Part shown: piece by piece, positions 48,767-58,765 of the stretch
Position numbering within the stretch: the stretch's first letter is position 1
Layout: every line of letters begins with the position of its first letter
Assembly: GCA_045863315.1 (NCBI GenBank)
Contig: BTUX01000001.1
Location: 6,611-70,610 of the forward strand
DNA from: Candidatus Hydrogenedentota bacterium
GTDB taxonomy: Bacteria; Hydrogenedentota; Hydrogenedentia; Hydrogenedentales; SLHB01
DNA length: 64,000 bases
Direction of reading: 5' to 3'
Position numbers and translations under genes: made by a program
The notes under the pieces: generated by a model
Seen by the model: only the letters and a program-made list of their open reading frames with translations
Databases searched by the model: none
What the model was told of the DNA's origin: nothing

Positions 48767-51400
48767 TCATGGTTGCCGTAACGTTTGGATGGATTGCCGG
48801 ATCCGCTCGTGGGTGGCGGCATCGAGTTGGAAGTCCCGTGTCACCATCTCGAATTCAAACAACGCCTCGTTTCGCCGGCCGCAGAACGCGAGCAGTTCGG
48901 CGTAGGCCAGCCGAATGTCCAAGTCCGCCGGCTTTTCCAGCGCGAGCGGCCGCATCAGGGCCGACGCCTCGTCGCACCGATCAAGCTTCGCGATGATGCG
49001 CGCGCGAAACACGGCACATCGCGCCCGATCGTCCGCGTCGAGTACCGCCTCGGCGCGAAGGAGTGAATGCTCGGCCGCTGCGTACTCGCCCGTGTAATCG
49101 AGGATTGCGGCGAGATCGACGAGTGTTTGCGCGTCGTCCGGATTTTCGACCTTGAACGCGTCTGCCGCCGCATACAGGCTTAGCCCGGCCCATGCAAACT
49201 GCGACGCGGCGCCCGCGCCGGAACGCCGCACGGCGTCGGCCAGCGTGTGGATCGCTTCCGGCAGCGCGCTCTCGCCGCGCCTCCACACACGGGACACGGC
49301 TGTGACGTCATCGGGTGCGGGCAGTTGCCTCGCGGCCAGCGCGTCGGCATAGCGTTCCACGGATTGCTGAAACGGAAGGAGGCGACGGTTCGCTGCGGCC
49401 CAACGGTAGAATTCCGTCAAGACCAACGGATCCACGGGAAGCGCTTGCAGGGCCAGATCAAAGTAATCGCTTACGTCGTTCGCCTCATCCAGAATCATGG
49501 CCGTCTGCGCGAGCAGGCGATATAGTTCGCTTCGGTTCTCCGCTCCGTACGCCAGCGCGGCGGTGAAATGGGACCGTGCCGCACGGGCCGCTTCCTTCTC
49601 GTCTCTCGCCTGGCTGGCATCGCGCAGCGCTCCGGTCGCGTGTGCCAGCGCGATCCGCCCCGACACGTCTTCCGAATCCGGCAATACAGGACACAGCCGC
49701 GCCGCCGCATCCAGATGGCGGCGACATCTCGATAGGAATTCCTGAGAATCCGCGCCCGGTTTGGCGGCGGCCGCGATGAAGTATTCTTTTGCGAGCGCGA
49801 TATGCGCGGGAATGTAATTGGGGTGGCGAGTCAGTGCGTATTCGTAGTTCGCGATTGCGTTCTCGTGTTGGGCCTGCGCCGCCCACAGGTTGCCCGCGTG
49901 ATACGGCGGCAACCAGTTCCAGGGCGCCCACCGGTGCGCGGCATTCAGCACCCGAATCGCGCCTTCGTAGTCCTTCCAATAGACGGCGCCCAGTCCCTGT
50001 TGCAACCGGACCTGCGACGCGAAGATCCGAAGGCCCATCGTCCCCGTGAATGCGGCCATCGTAAGAACCGCGAGCGCGACGGCGCCGCGTTGGACCATGC
50101 CGGGCACAATAGTCTCCCCCCGACTCGAAACGGCGCCGCGGGAAACGGCCCCGTCCAGCGCGCCCGCGATCAGAGCGAATAGGGTGGCCGATGCGGGCGC
50201 GCGCAGATTGAATCCGAAAACGCCGTCCACGAGCATGGCTGTGAAGAACGCGGTCAGCAACGCCCCGACTTGCCGCCTCCCGCCGGGCTCGGGCGTGAAC
50301 ATGAAGTACACGCCGTAGAAAATGCCGGACAGCATCAGGGCGAGATACGCCAGCGCCCCGGGCAGACCCGCGTCTATGCCGGCCTGCAACGGTTCGCAAT
50401 GGGTGTGCCGGTTATAGAGCCGCTTGCGCGCGAAGTGCTCCTGCTCGTGGCGGGTCCAGTACGGCGGGTTTTCGATTTCGTAGTTGCCGGGTCCGAACCC
50501 GGTCAGCGGGGCGTCTACGATCATGTGCGATCCGCTGTAGATCGAGTTGTAGCGCAGCAGCAGCGAGGAATCGAGCGCGGCGCCGCCCCCGCCGCCGGAT
50601 GCGAGTATGCCCAACCCGATCGCGACGAACGCCGCGGCCGCCAAACCAAGCCCCGCGCAGAATGCGAGCGCCCCGCGCGCAGGGTTTTTCACCACGCGGG
50701 ACGCCGCCAGTGCGCCCGCAACGACGACGCCGGATGCAGCCAGCGATACAAGACTGGCACGGTGTTGCGCGAGGACCAAATGCAACAGATAGACGGGGGG
50801 AAGTAACGCAGTCCAACGCCACCCCGGCTGGGTCGCGAGGAAAATGCTGAGCACGTTGGCAAGCAGCAGGGCATGTCCCGCGAGATTGGGATTGCCGAAC
50901 GTTGCGGGCAGGTTCCGGTATTCATCGAGTTCCAGGTACGCCGGGTCCCAGGGAAACGGATCCACTCCCGCCTTCTGCAGCATTCCATACAGAGACGCGA
51001 GGAATACCGCGACGCAGTACGCGGCAATCAACGGTCGCGCCTGTTCCAAATTCGAGTACGCCTGTGATGCGACCCAGTACAACAAAAACAAAGCCACAAT
51101 CCGACCGGACTCCGCGAGGCTGTTGCCGGGGTATGCGGAGAGCAGCGAGGCTGATACGCTGATGAGCGCAAACGCCGAAAACGGCCAGAACACTAGAACA
51201 CCGCGGTGGGCGCGGACCGATCCCCGCGCCGCGGCAACCGCGTACGATGCCCCCAACACCGCCGCGGCGCCCGCCAACAGCAGGTTCTTGATGTCGACGG
51301 CAGGCTCAGGACTGACGGGAAACAAAACTAATACCTGCGCAAACGCGACAGTAGCCGCAGCCAGTCGCGCGTATCCGTGAATCCGCGTCAGTTCAGGCAT
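48767..51400 (-). CDS. O-antigen ligase-like (Wzy_C) polytopic membrane protein fused to C-terminal TPR repeats
   Basis: N-terminal half has 10 or more TM helices with a Wzy_C-like loop. The C-terminal 450 aa or so form TPR-like helical repeats. Confidence 0.65.
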   Translation of the reverse strand: MPELTRIHGYARLAAATVAFAQVLVLFPVSPEPAVDIKNLLLAGAAAVLGASYAVAAARGSVRAHRGVLVFWPFSAFALISVSASLLSAYPGNSLAESGRIVALFLLYWVASQAYSNLEQARPLIAAYCVAVFLASLYGMLQKAGVDPFPWDPAYLELDEYRNLPATFGNPNLAGHALLLANVLSIFLATQPGWRWTALLPPVYLLHLVLAQHRASLVSLAASGVVVAGALAASRVVKNPARGALAFCAGLGLAAAAFVAIGLGILASGGGGGAALDSSLLLRYNSIYSGSHMIVDAPLTGFGPGNYEIENPPYWTRHEQEHFARKRLYNRHTHCEPLQAGIDAGLPGALAYLALMLSGIFYGVYFMFTPEPGGRRQVGALLTAFFTAMLVDGVFGFNLRAPASATLFALIAGALDGAVSRGAVSSRGETIVPGMVQRGAVALAVLTMAAFTGTMGLRIFASQVRLQQGLGAVYWKDYEGAIRVLNAAHRWAPWNWLPPYHAGNLWAAQAQHENAIANYEYALTRHPNYIPAHIALAKEYFIAAAAKPGADSQEFLSRCRRHLDAAARLCPVLPDSEDVSGRIALAHATGALRDASQARDEKEAARAARSHFTAALAYGAENRSELYRLLAQTAMILDEANDVSDYFDLALQALPVDPLVLTEFYRWAAANRRLLPFQQSVERYADALAARQLPAPDDVTAVSRVWRRGESALPEAIHTLADAVRRSGAGAASQFAWAGLSLYAAADAFKVENPDDAQTLVDLAAILDYTGEYAAAEHSLLRAEAVLDADDRARCAVFRARIIAKLDRCDEASALMRPLALEKPADLDIRLAYAELLAFCGRRNEALFEFEMVTRDFQLDAATHERIRQSIQTLRQP

Positions 51401-51917
51401 TCCGCCCCCGCTGTCGGGTCCGAGTTTACCACGTCTACGTTGCGCCGATACTCGTGCTTTGACTCAATGGATTGGTGGCACATGCGTTCGAGAGTATACG
51501 AAGAAGCGGGGCGGCGGGTAATTCCTGGATACGTCCAAAGTGATACGGCAAAGGCGGCCGTTTCTTGCGGGTTGCGCCACGCATTTGCCGTCCCGCTCAC
51601 AAGCTCGGCTTTCCGTTGTATAATTGGCGCAAAGAATAACAACTCGCAAACCCTTGCGTCCGTCTGCAATAGACGCGTCACGGACGCGCGTTGCCGCTCG
51701 TGCGCGGGGTGGCGACGAGTCAATCGGCCGTCCGGTACGTGGCGCATTGCAAGGTGCTTCTGCATGCCAGGCGAAGCACTCCAATACCGGATGGCCGCCA
51801 GTGATTCTGCGCTACCAGGAAGGTTGCTTGTAATTCATGGGCGCGGGCGGTATCCTGCCGACCGCATGCGCAGGTCCTCCACCCGTAGACGGACACCGCA
51901 GCACAACCGGACGAAGA

Positions 51918-52817
51918 ATGATGGGTCTTCAGGAAATGCGTGGGCAACGGGCGCCGCTCCTCATGTTGGCGCTGGCGGCCGCCTTGGCCGTGCCCGCCCA
52001 GGAACCGTTCAAACCCAACGGCTCCGTGATACTCCTCACGGACTATGGCTCCGATTCCGTATACGTCGGCATTCTGAAAGGGGCGATCTACTCAAAGTTC
52101 GGAGGCGCCCGCATCGACGCCATTACCAATGCGGTCCCGCCCTTCGACATCGTGTCGGGGGCGTATCTGCTGGCGGAAGCGGCCGGCGAGTTTCCGAAGG
52201 GCACCGTCTTTACGTGCATCGTCGATCCCGGCGTGGGGACGGCGCGAAAATCCATCGCGGTCGAAACGATGAACGGCTATTGTTTCGTAGGGCCGGACAA
52301 CGGTTTGATGAGTCTGGCGGCGCAACGTTTCGGCATCCGACAGGTCCGCGAGTTGACCAACAAGAAGTTTTGGCGGGCCGACACGATTTCCACGGTGTTC
52401 CACGGAAGGGACATCTATGGGCCGGTTTCGGCTTCGATAGCGGGCGGCGTACCGATCGAAGACGTGGGGACCCCGCTGGACCGACTCGTGGAACTGGATC
52501 TGCCCCGTAGCCGCGTGGAAAACGGAAAAGCGCACGGCGTCATCATTCGCACGGATCCCTACGGCAATATGGTATCGAACATCACCGCACCGGACCTCGA
52601 CGCTATTGGCGCAAGACAGGGCGACCCGATAAAGGTGCAAATCGGTGCGGCGGCCTTTTCCGCGCCGTTCATGCGCACCTATGCCGAAGTTCCCGAAGGG
52701 GAACGGCTCGTCGTGCTGCAAAGCTCGGGATTCGTCGAGTTCGCCATCAACAAGGCCAGTCTCACGGACGCCATCCGCGAGGGTAACGGAGCGGCAGTCA
52801 CCATCGAACGGGAATGA
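51918..52817 (+). CDS. SAM hydroxide adenosyltransferase family protein (DUF62) paralog with signal peptide
   Basis: LTDYGSDSVYVGILKGAI and DPGVG motifs. N-terminal LLMLALAAALAVPAQEP signal peptide. Start placed at ATG 51918 (MMGLQE). Confidence 0.65.
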   Translation: MMGLQEMRGQRAPLLMLALAAALAVPAQEPFKPNGSVILLTDYGSDSVYVGILKGAIYSKFGGARIDAITNAVPPFDIVSGAYLLAEAAGEFPKGTVFTCIVDPGVGTARKSIAVETMNGYCFVGPDNGLMSLAAQRFGIRQVRELTNKKFWRADTISTVFHGRDIYGPVSASIAGGVPIEDVGTPLDRLVELDLPRSRVENGKAHGVIIRTDPYGNMVSNITAPDLDAIGARQGDPIKVQIGAAAFSAPFMRTYAEVPEGERLVVLQSSGFVEFAINKASLTDAIREGNGAAVTIERE

Positions 52818-52877
52818 GGCCCGCGCGATGCGCCTCGCGCCTCCCGCACCGCGTTGCCGCCTGAATCTACCCTCGCG

Positions 52878-53957
52878 TCACTCGCGTTCGATCGGGCGCA
52901 CCCAGGACACCTGTGTGACAAGGTGCTGCAAGGCTGCATACGAAATCGCGGCGTTGGTCGCGTAGGCCGGGGATGTGTTGGAAGGAAAGGTGGCGAGCGT
53001 GGCGTCCCCCACAAGGAACACGTTGAAATCGTTCGAGAGATTTTCATATCCCGCCGTGGTGGACTTGTAGCACATGTCTGCGGCGTATCCCGCCAGCAAC
53101 ACATGGCGAACGCCGTTTTCCTTCAGGAAATTCTTGAGCACGTCATAGCCTTCGGCGTCGTAAATCAGCACGTCGTCGGGGCGGGTTTCGATGGATTTCA
53201 CCACCGGAATCGGCAATTCCCAGAATCCCGGCGGATCATACCGCGGGCCGGAGTCCAGTCCGGGGAACTGCTTGAAGTAGTCGATCACGGGCGTCACCGC
53301 GTTCAGCGTCAGCTCGGCGGGCAGCGCTTCGCCGGTGTAATCGAAGCGGTTCAGTTTTGCGTGCAATTCCTTCCTGCCCTGCTCCTGCTCTTCGGGAGTC
53401 GGCTGACGACGCACGGAGCGATACAGCTTCTTGCGGATGGGGTCCTCCGGGCCGGGCTGGCTGTACATCACGAACGCCACCTTGCCCCGCATCGATTGGA
53501 TGAAGGGGTTCAACACTTTTACGATGTGTTCGTGTGAGAGATGGTTCTTGATCGGCGTGCAGAAATCGGCGACGCCGGCCGGTTCAGGCGTGCGCCAACC
53601 CTGCCCGTCATCGATTCCCCAGGGATGCACGACGATCAGGGCCGTCTGGTCGCCCCGCAGCCGGTTCGGCATTTCGATGATGCCGCGCGCGTTGTAGGAG
53701 AACCGCCACGCGCGCACCTCGAGGTCCGCGTCATTGTCATCCACTATGGCCGGCGCCTCGAAATGCGCCTCTTCGATTACGGGCTGAAAAAACTCCGGGT
53801 GATCGCACAGGATCGGTTTGGGATCCTCGATGCGGACCAGCCGGTTCTCATACCGCCGCGTCTCCCCGGGAACCGGACCCGCCGCCCGGGCAGGCGCCGC
53901 AATGATCGAAGTAGCCGCGCAGGCCAGCAACGCCGGATAAAGCAAATGGTTCCTCAT
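52878..53957 (-). CDS. Secreted isochorismatase-family cysteine hydrolase-like protein
   Basis: Signal peptide. C-terminal LLAGYAADMCYKST...VFLVGDATLATF fits the isochorismatase-fold Cys-containing motif. Confidence 0.45.
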   Translation of the reverse strand: MRNHLLYPALLACAATSIIAAPARAAGPVPGETRRYENRLVRIEDPKPILCDHPEFFQPVIEEAHFEAPAIVDDNDADLEVRAWRFSYNARGIIEMPNRLRGDQTALIVVHPWGIDDGQGWRTPEPAGVADFCTPIKNHLSHEHIVKVLNPFIQSMRGKVAFVMYSQPGPEDPIRKKLYRSVRRQPTPEEQEQGRKELHAKLNRFDYTGEALPAELTLNAVTPVIDYFKQFPGLDSGPRYDPPGFWELPIPVVKSIETRPDDVLIYDAEGYDVLKNFLKENGVRHVLLAGYAADMCYKSTTAGYENLSNDFNVFLVGDATLATFPSNTSPAYATNAAISYAALQHLVTQVSWVRPIERE

Positions 53958-53969
53958 GTTCCTCGTCCC

Positions 53970-56900
53970 TCATTCGTTGGCCGCCAGGGGTCCCGGACTC
54001 TGCATGTAGGCGAACAAGTCGCGGATCTCGTCCCCCGGCAGCGGCGTAATCAGGCCTTCCGGCATCAACGATTGATCGGACTCGCGGATCTCCGCGATCT
54101 CGCCCGCGGGGATGCTCGTCCGTTCCGCATTCGCATTGATGAGCGTAACGCTTCCCGTGCCCCGTTCCGCGATGAGTCCGTTATACAGTCCGCCGTCCCT
54201 CGTCTCGACGACGTATTGCAGGTACTCCTTGCGAATCGTCAGACTGGGATCCACCAGGCTGACCAGCAGGTACTCGCGGTCCATCCGGTTGCTTTGCGTC
54301 AGGTCCGGACCGACGAGCGAGCCTTCCCCGAAAAAGGTGTGGCATTTCGCGCAGTTGTTCTTGAATGACTCGCGGCCCTTTCGCGGATCGCCCGCGCCCG
54401 CGTTCAGTTCGTTGTTCAGGCGGCGCATCTCCGCAAGTTTCTCTTCGGGCGTACCCGCCCGCACCGCCCCCCAGTGCTTTTCCACGAGTGCCTTGAGATT
54501 CGCATCTTCGTGTTGCGCAAGCGCGCGCAGTTGCGTCAGCGGAATGTCTTCCAACGGAATATCTCCGCGATCGATCGCCTGCACAAACTCCATACTCCAC
54601 GGAGCGCGCGAAAACAGCGCGTCGCGCGCCCGCGTTCTCATGCCTTCGTCCAGTTTCGGGTACAGTGCAATCAAGGCGGACGACGTGCGAGCGTCGGGGA
54701 TTCGGCGCAACGCATCGAGCGCGGCTTCCCGGATCTTGACCGAAGAATTTCCCGCCACCAGTCCGAGCAACAGGGGGACTGCGTCCTGTCCGCCGAACTG
54801 ACCGATGGTTTTGATCTGTTCGACGCGGACGGCCTCGGGGGCGTCCGCTCTTTCCGCCACTGATCCGGCATGCACAATCGCCGCCGGGTTTCCGACCCGC
54901 GCGGCCAGCCGAAGCAGGACGGCGTCGTCCCGATCGGATTCCCATTCGGCGTTCAGAAGCGACTTCAATTCCTCGTGAACCGGCGCCGCGTCTTTCTTCG
55001 ATGGCTTGTCGGCCGCCCCTTCGGCGGCGTACGAGGCAAAAAGCGAACCCATCGCATCTGCCGATTCCCCCGTGATGCGATCCTGCAATCCTAAGTCGAG
55101 CGCGACGAACAGGTCCTTACCCACGCGGGCCGGCCCATTCGCGCGCAGTAACTCCGTGCACTTCAAGTCCCCCCGCTCGGAGCCGTCCGCGGCATAGCGG
55201 CGCACGAGCCGGGGAATGATTATCTCCCGTAAGACTTTCGATTCCTCCGCCGCGGGACCCGTCACCAGCGCCGCTATCTGACCCTCATCGCGCATCGCGT
55301 GCGCCTCGAAGGCCCACCACAACAGCAGGGGAACGTGCGGGTCGCCGGCGTCTGCCGACTGCTCTGCCATGCGGCACGCGATCGCGAGGCCCGCGGAGGG
55401 GTCGAGACGCTTCGCGCTCGCCGCCAACTGAGCGCGCACGCGAACATCCGACTCGCCGCCCGCCATCACCAACAGTTTCTCCAATTGCCTGGAGGTGGGT
55501 TTGCGGCCGTCCCCGATGAATCGCACCGCCCATTTTCGCTGAACGGGATTCGGCGACTGCAACAACCGCGTCAGCGCCGCGTCGTCCAGCCCTCCGCTGA
55601 CATGAAGCGCAAACATGCTGTTAACTGCCGACGCGGCATTATCGTGATGGAACATCTGCCGCTTGAGGCGACTGTACGCCGACTTGTCGCGGCGTTCCGC
55701 CAGCAAGGTGAGGGCGCGGCGCACGTGCCACTTGTTGGGATGCTCGAGCAGGTCCACCAGTTGGTCCGTCGCAAGTGACGTCAGATCGAACGCCGGCGCG
55801 CGCTTTGCGTTCTCGTGCGACAGGCGGTAGATGCGCCCGTTGCTGCGGTCCCACTCCGCGTCGGGATCGGGGTGGGCCGTACGCCTGTCGTGCCAGTCCG
55901 CGACGTACAGGCACCCGTCGGGTCCGAGTGTCATGTCGCTCGGCGCGAACGACGCGTCGTGGCTGTCCACGAATTGGCCCCGATTCACGGTCTCGAACGT
56001 CGAACCGGCCGGCTTCAAATCGTTCCAGTAGAGATCGTGCGAAAGCAGGTTGGCGAAAATGTAGGAGCCGCGGAATTCCGACGGATACGCGTCCGCTTCG
56101 TATACGATGCCGCCGACGGCCACGTGGCCGCCCTGCGGATCCGTGTGCGTCATGTGCTCGAAGAATCCGTATGCGAAGGGATTGTGCAGCGCGCCGTGTT
56201 TGCCGAATTGTTTCCAGTAGTACGCCCCCTGCACGCCGTGCAGCCCGATGAACCCCCCCACGTTCGTGCTCGCGAAAAGGTTCCCGTCGCGATCGAAGTC
56301 AAGCCCCCACATGTTGCCGCCGCCTTCGCAGAACAGCTCGAATTCCTTGGTCACCGGATGGTATCTCCAGATGCCCTGTTGAAATTCGATGCCGCGGATG
56401 TTGGCGGTCACCGTGCTGCCCTGCAATCCATACAACCAGCCGTCCGGCCCCCAAGTGAGCGAATTCGCGACGGAGTGGGCATCTTCCATGCCAAAGCCGG
56501 TCAGCAGTACCTCCGGGTTTGCGTCCGGCACGTCGTCACGGTCCGCATCGGGATAAAACAAGAGGTAGGGGACATTCACGACGAAAACGCCGCCGTAGCC
56601 AAACGCCAGGCCCGTGCACAGGTTCAAGCCTTCCACGAAGTTCTTCGCCGAGTCCGCGGGGCCGTCGCCATCGGTATCTTCAAGAATCGTGATCGCATCC
56701 GCGCCGCGCGGTCCGAAGGGCGGCGGCTCGGGCACCCGGTCGTAGGTCGTGCGGGAGTACCGATCGACCTTCACCCGCTTCAGGCCCTCGGGGTTTGGAT
56801 ATTGCAGATATTGGATCACCCAGAGGCGCCCCCGATCGTCGAACTCGATGCAAACTGGCTGCACCACCATCGGCTCGCACGCAACCAGGTCGATCGAAAA

Positions 56901-57017
56901 CCCGGACAGCGTCGTCATGCGGGAGGGCGCCTCGTCAGCAGGATAGCCCTGCCCGAAGGCGATGCATGTAGCGGCCCACAAAACGGAACTCACGCCATAC
57001 ACACCGCGAAATCTCAT
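53970..57017 (-). CDS. PVC-type membrane-bound dehydrogenase: beta-propeller + HEAT repeats + C-terminal cytochrome c domain
   Basis: 1015 aa with signal peptide, N-terminal glucose/sorbosone dehydrogenase-like propeller, a central HEAT/ARM-like region and a CAKCH haem-binding motif near the C-terminus. Confidence 0.75.
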   Translation of the reverse strand: MRFRGVYGVSSVLWAATCIAFGQGYPADEAPSRMTTLSGFSIDLVACEPMVVQPVCIEFDDRGRLWVIQYLQYPNPEGLKRVKVDRYSRTTYDRVPEPPPFGPRGADAITILEDTDGDGPADSAKNFVEGLNLCTGLAFGYGGVFVVNVPYLLFYPDADRDDVPDANPEVLLTGFGMEDAHSVANSLTWGPDGWLYGLQGSTVTANIRGIEFQQGIWRYHPVTKEFELFCEGGGNMWGLDFDRDGNLFASTNVGGFIGLHGVQGAYYWKQFGKHGALHNPFAYGFFEHMTHTDPQGGHVAVGGIVYEADAYPSEFRGSYIFANLLSHDLYWNDLKPAGSTFETVNRGQFVDSHDASFAPSDMTLGPDGCLYVADWHDRRTAHPDPDAEWDRSNGRIYRLSHENAKRAPAFDLTSLATDQLVDLLEHPNKWHVRRALTLLAERRDKSAYSRLKRQMFHHDNAASAVNSMFALHVSGGLDDAALTRLLQSPNPVQRKWAVRFIGDGRKPTSRQLEKLLVMAGGESDVRVRAQLAASAKRLDPSAGLAIACRMAEQSADAGDPHVPLLLWWAFEAHAMRDEGQIAALVTGPAAEESKVLREIIIPRLVRRYAADGSERGDLKCTELLRANGPARVGKDLFVALDLGLQDRITGESADAMGSLFASYAAEGAADKPSKKDAAPVHEELKSLLNAEWESDRDDAVLLRLAARVGNPAAIVHAGSVAERADAPEAVRVEQIKTIGQFGGQDAVPLLLGLVAGNSSVKIREAALDALRRIPDARTSSALIALYPKLDEGMRTRARDALFSRAPWSMEFVQAIDRGDIPLEDIPLTQLRALAQHEDANLKALVEKHWGAVRAGTPEEKLAEMRRLNNELNAGAGDPRKGRESFKNNCAKCHTFFGEGSLVGPDLTQSNRMDREYLLVSLVDPSLTIRKEYLQYVVETRDGGLYNGLIAERGTGSVTLINANAERTSIPAGEIAEIRESDQSLMPEGLITPLPGDEIRDLFAYMQSPGPLAANE

Positions 57018-57219
57018 GGCACCCTCACAAGTGCGGCCCCGGAACCAGAATGGCAGCCTGCCGCCCTTTGAACTTCATCGCATGTTTGCCGCCGAGAGTT
57101 CAAGTGGAAGTTGTCGTCCCTCTTTTGACCGGCATTTCATTTGCGCCCTATTATCGCAGCGGCGCATATGGGTCGGCGGGCCCGCCGAAAACGACGGTCT
57201 GCCATAGGAAGCCACGCAC

Positions 57220-58749
57220 ATGAGAAAACAGATTACACGCAGGGAGTTGCTTCGCGCTACCAGGGCTGCCGCCGTTTCGTCGGCCCTGGTTTCCGTTGCC
57301 GGGCGTGCCCCGCGCGCTCAAATGCCCCGCCACGCCAATCTGCTGCTCGTCTTTCCCGATCAGCACCGCTACGACTGGACCTCGCTGGATGGCGCCATCC
57401 CCGTACGCACGCCGAACCTCGCGCGGCTGGCGGAGGAGGGCGCCCGGTTCGAGCGGGCGTTTTGTCCCGCGCCGGTGTGCGCCGCTTCGCGGGCATGCCT
57501 TGCGCTTGGTCGCGAATACGGCCGCACCGGCGTGGCCGGCAACGAGCACGACTTGGCGGAAGACGCGCGCACGTTCTACGCCATGTTGCGTGACGCGGGG
57601 TACCGCGTCGGGTCGACCGGAAAACTCGACCTGCGCAAGAAATCCCACGATTGGGGCCCGGACGGGATGCACCGAGTCAACGGACGCGAGTTCTACCGCG
57701 AATGGGGGTTCACGGACGGGTTCGACAGCGAGGGGAAGGGGGATTCGTTTCGCGGGATCCGGCATCGAGACGGCACGGGCGAGCCCTATGGCGAATCGCC
57801 CTACACCAAGATGCTGACGGATCGCAATGACGGGTCTCTGCAGCGATACATTCAATGGCGGGACGACCGCGAAAAGTCCGGGCTGCCCATCAACGGCTTT
57901 TCCTACACGAAGCCGATTGAACTTGCAGACGAGGCCTACAATGACAATTGGGTCGGGCAGAACGCGCTCGACCTGATAGAGGATTTCCCGAAGGACAAGC
58001 CGTGGTTTCTCCAGGTCAATTTCCCCGGACCGCACAATCCGATGGACATCACACCGACGATGGCGCCTTGGTACAAGGACACGAAATTTGATCAGCCCTT
58101 CAAGAACACACAGTTGCCGCCGGACGTGCATCTCGAGATCCGGCGGAACTACTCCGCCATGGTCGACAACATAGATCGATGGCTGGGCAGGTATCTCGAC
58201 GCGATCGACCGGCGCGGTGAACTCGACACCACCCTTGTGGTGTTCAGCAGCGATCACGGCGAGATGTTGGGTGACCATAACCGCTGGGGGAAGACGGTGC
58301 CGTACCAACCGTCCGCGGGCGTGCCGATGGTCGTGCGCGGGCCGGGGGTCAAGAAAGGGATCGTGCACAAGGGACCCACCGAGACGCTGGACCTGACGGC
58401 GACGTTTCTTGATTATGCCGGCGTCCCGGTCCCCGACTCGATGGACAGCCGATCGCTGCGGCCGTTGCTTGAAGGCCATGCCGACGCGGCGCGCAAGCAT
58501 GCCGTCTCGGGTCTGAAGGAATGGCGGCTCGTTTGCGACGGGCGCTACAAACTGGTCCGCGGGTTCAACGCAAGCAAGCCCGATAAGCGGGCGAGCGGGG
58601 AGTATCAGGACCCGGAGAGCGGGACCGCCGAGAGCAACTCGACACTCCAGTTGTTTGATCTGGAGGCCGATCCGGTCGAAAGCACGAACATCGCCGAGAA
58701 ACATCCGGAGATCGTGAAGCTGTTGGAGCCGTTACTCCCGCGTACGTAA
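57220..58749 (+). CDS. Sulfatase (arylsulfatase family), Tat signal
   Basis: RRELLRA twin-arginine motif. FGly motif reads CAASR (the C-x-A-x-R variant) and is followed by LALGR. C-terminal sulfatase domain present. Confidence 0.85.
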   Translation: MRKQITRRELLRATRAAAVSSALVSVAGRAPRAQMPRHANLLLVFPDQHRYDWTSLDGAIPVRTPNLARLAEEGARFERAFCPAPVCAASRACLALGREYGRTGVAGNEHDLAEDARTFYAMLRDAGYRVGSTGKLDLRKKSHDWGPDGMHRVNGREFYREWGFTDGFDSEGKGDSFRGIRHRDGTGEPYGESPYTKMLTDRNDGSLQRYIQWRDDREKSGLPINGFSYTKPIELADEAYNDNWVGQNALDLIEDFPKDKPWFLQVNFPGPHNPMDITPTMAPWYKDTKFDQPFKNTQLPPDVHLEIRRNYSAMVDNIDRWLGRYLDAIDRRGELDTTLVVFSSDHGEMLGDHNRWGKTVPYQPSAGVPMVVRGPGVKKGIVHKGPTETLDLTATFLDYAGVPVPDSMDSRSLRPLLEGHADAARKHAVSGLKEWRLVCDGRYKLVRGFNASKPDKRASGEYQDPESGTAESNSTLQLFDLEADPVESTNIAEKHPEIVKLLEPLLPRT

Positions 58750-58765
58750 GTGGCGAACGTCTTTT

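Noticed and set aside
51377-52510. 377-aa plus-strand ORF spanning the intergenic region and overlapping the DUF62 paralog in another frame; also 51388-51765 minus
   Set aside because: Arg-rich low-complexity translations. The DUF62 frame is clearly the coding one.
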